Shown: one piece after another, positions 31,674-34,330 of the stretch
Position numbering within the stretch: position 1 is the stretch's first letter
Layout of the letters: the number at the start of each line of letters is the position of its first letter
Source: Squatina squatina
Taxonomy: Eukaryota
Direction of reading: 5' to 3'
Length of the DNA: 34,330 nt
Assembly: GCA_031763465.1 (NCBI GenBank)
Contig: JARFOE010000149.1
Coordinates: 917,831-952,160 of the forward strand
The notes under the pieces: generated by a model
Seen by the model: the letters and a program-made list of their open reading frames with translations, nothing else
What the model was told of the DNA's origin: nothing
Database searches by the model: none
Translations under genes and position numbers: made by a program

Positions 31674-32061
31674 GATAGAATCATAGAATCATAGAATGGT
31701 TACAGCACAGAAGAAGGCCATTCGGCCCATCGTGTCTGGGCCAGTGAAAGAAGAGCTATCCAACCTAATCCCACTTTCCAGCACTTGGTCTGTTGCCCTG
31801 TAGGTTACGGCACTTTAAGTGCATATCCAAGTGATTTTGAAATGCTATGAGGGTTTCTGCCTCTACCACCCTTTCAGGCAGTGAGTTCCAGACCCCACCA
31901 ACCTCTGGTTGATAAAGGTTGTCCTCAACTCCCCTCTAATCCTTCTACCAATTACTTTAAATCTATGCCCCCTGGTTATTGGGAAATAGGTCCTTCCTAT
32001 CCACTCTATCGAGGCCCCTCATAATTTTATACACCTCAATTAAATCTCCCCTCAGCCTCCT
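31674..32061 (-). mobile_element. CR1-type LINE 3' end
   Basis: (atagaatc)n tail; [27 protein letters not shown]. Confidence 0.9.
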
Positions 32062-32161
32062 NNNNNNNNNNNNNNNNNNNNNNNNNNNNNNNNNNNNNNN
32101 NNNNNNNNNNNNNNNNNNNNNNNNNNNNNNNNNNNNNNNNNNNNNNNNNNNNNNNNNNNNN

Positions 32162-33503
32162 CTGCTAACCCTCTTCTTAAACCCTTCTCCCCTGTCTCCT
32201 CTACACTCATCTCTGACAACAAGTGCAAACAGCTCATGGACCTCTTTGTCTCTAACACTGAGCCCATCCGTTCAGCTGCCTCTGCCACTTCCCTTCCATC
32301 CCCTAGCCCACCGGGCCAACCTTTCTCTAAGGTTCACCTCTGCCCTAGCCCTGACCTCATCTTCAGTTTCTTGCCGATCTCTTCTCATGGCCTCTCCGAA
32401 CTCATCTTGTCCATGAGATCCACTTCCAGCTCCCTCAACCCTATTTCCACGAAACTGCTGACCACCCAACTTCCTTTTCTGGCTCCCATGTTAGCTGACA
32501 TTGTTAACACTTCTCTCCCTTCAGGTACTGGCCGTCTCTCCCTCAATTGTGCCATCATCACCCCTCTCCTCAGAAAACCAACCCTTGACCCCTCCGTCGT
32601 TGCAAACTACCGCCCCATCTCAAACCTTCCTTTCCTCTCCAAAGTTCTTGAACGTGGTGTTGCCTCCCAAATCCGTGCCCATCTTTCCCGGAACTCCATG
32701 TTTAAATCCCTCCAATCCGGTTTCTGCCCCGCCACAGTACCGAACGGCTCTCATCAAAGTCACAAATGACATTTTTTGTAACTGTAACAAAGGTAAACTA
32801 TCCTTCCTCGTCCTTCTTGACTTGTCTGCAGCCTTTGGCATGGTTGGCCACTCCATCCTTCTCAACACCTCTCCACTGTCATCCAGCTGGGTGGGACTAG
32901 ACTTGCCTGGTTCCATTCCTATCTATCTAATCGTAGCCAGAGAATCGCCTGCAATGGCTTCTCTTCCTGCTCCCACATCATTACCTCTAGTGTCTCCCAA
33001 GGTTCTATCCTTGGCCCCCTCCTAGTTCTCATCTACATGCTGCCCCTTGGCGACATCATGTAAAATCATAGCGTCAGTTTCCTCATGTACGCTGATGACA
33101 CCCAGCTCTACCTCACCACTACTTCTCTCGACCCCTCCACAGTCTCTAAATTGTCAGACTGCTTGTCCAACATCCAGTTCTAGGTGAGCAGAAATTTTCT
33201 CCAATTAAATATTGGGAAGACCAAAGCCATTGTTTTTGGCCCCTGCCACAAATTCCGTTCCCTAACCACTGACTCTATCCCTCTTCCTAACATCTGTCTG
33301 AACCACAACCTTCGTGTCATACTTGACCCTGAAATGACCACATATCCACGGCATAACCAAGGCTGTCTATTTCCACCTCTGTAACACAGCTTGTCTCCGC
33401 CCTTGCCTCAGCTCATCCGCTGCTAAAACTCATCCATGCCTTTGTTACTTCTAGACTTGACGACTCCAATGCGCTCATGGCTGGTCTTCTACATTTTACC
33501 CTA
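32162..33503 (+). mobile_element. L2-type LINE ORF2 RT region, frameshifted
   Basis: PLLRKPTLDPSVVANYRPISNLPFLSKVLER, TALIKVTND, LVLLDLSAAF, QGSILGPLL, YADDTQLY, NFLQLNIGKT. Confidence 0.95.
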
Positions 33504-33603
33504 NNNNNNNNNNNNNNNNNNNNNNNNNNNNNNNNNNNNNNNNNNNNNNNNNNNNNNNNNNNNNNNNNNNNNNNNNNNNNNNNNNNNNNNNNNNNNNNNN
33601 NNN

Positions 33604-34245
33604 CACCAATCAGTTTTCTGCCACTGCCACTGCACTGAAATGGCCCTAATCAAAGTTACAAATGACATCCTATGTGACTGGAACCATGGTGGACTATCCC
33701 TCCTTATCCTTCTCAACCTGTCTGCAGCCTTTGATGCGGTTAACCACACCATTCTCTTCTAACACCCTTGCTCCATTGTCCAGCTGAATGGGACTGCCCT
33801 CAACTGATTATATTCTTATCTATCCAGTCACAGCCAGAGAATCTCCTACAGTCGCTTCTCTCCCCTCTCCCGCAACATTACCTTTGGAGTCCCCAGGAAT
33901 CTATCCTTGGCCCATCCTATTTCTCACCCCTCCGCGACATCATTCTAAAACACAATGTCAGGTTCCCCATGTGCACTGACGACACCCAGCTCTACCTCAC
34001 CAACACCTCTCTTGACCCCTCTACTGTCTCTGCATTGTCGGGTTTCTTGTCCGACATCCAATACTGGATGAGAAGAAATTTCCTCCAATTAAACATTGGG
34101 AAGTTTAAAACTATTGTCTTTGGCCCCACCACAAACTCCACTCCCTAGCGACAACTTCCATCCCCTCCTGGCCACTGTCTGAGCCTGAACCAGACTGTTC
34201 GCAACCTTGGCATCCTTTTTGACCCTGAGCTGGGCTTCCGACACA
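33604..34245 (+). mobile_element. L2-type LINE RT core, second copy
   Basis: TEMALIKVTNDIL, LILLNLSAAFDAVNH, MCTDDTQLYL, WMRRNFLQLNIGK. Confidence 0.92.
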
Positions 34246-34249
34246 AGGC

Positions 34250-34330
34250 ATCTCACAGGATCGTAATCAGACAAAAATTGACGCTGAGCCAAAGAAGAAG
34301 ATATTTGGGCAGGTGACTAAAAGCTTGGTC
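34250..34330 (-). mobile_element. L2-type LINE 3' tail, running off the window
   Basis: cacaggatcgtaatcagacaaaaattgac...ggtgactaaaagcttggtc, as in the other L2 tails. Confidence 0.75.

Noticed and set aside
32162-34245. RT ORFs as an active element, retron, DGR or group II intron
   Set aside because: The motifs are typical L2-clade LINE ORF2 with multiple frameshifts and stops, and there is no prokaryotic context.
138-34292. Most ORFs in the supplied track as genes
   Set aside because: They span N gaps, are antisense or off-frame readings of LINEs, or are short chance ORFs. This is intron-containing eukaryotic DNA.

Overview
This is eukaryotic genomic DNA, almost certainly from a cartilaginous fish (shark-like), judged by the repeat families. 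It is a fragmented scaffold of short contigs joined by mostly 100-N gaps and a few 10-N gaps, so adjacency across gaps is not guaranteed. Most of the called sequence is decayed retroelements: many CR1-type LINE fragments (endonuclease, RT, ORF1 esterase, 3' tails), many L2-type LINE fragments, a third CR1-group LINE, SacSINE1/DeuSINE-like SINE pieces, Penelope-like terminal fragments with degenerate hammerhead-ribozyme cores, and CpG-rich putative MITEs. One host exon is clearly recognisable: the 67-nt DNA polymerase beta (POLB) exon at 20148-20214. Several other candidate exons could not be identified. At 27.1-31.7 kb there is a decayed cluster of tRNA-Cys-derived pseudogenes with homologous flanks. 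There are no intact long ORFs and no prokaryotic systems, and I cannot support a claim of a novel functional system. The best leads are a 100-bp Penelope/hammerhead mini-element with a 10-bp TSD beside the POLB splice acceptor, the tRNA-Cys relic array, and a 23-bp locally templated insertion. Family names come from recall of consensus sequences, not database searches, and repeat boundaries are approximate.
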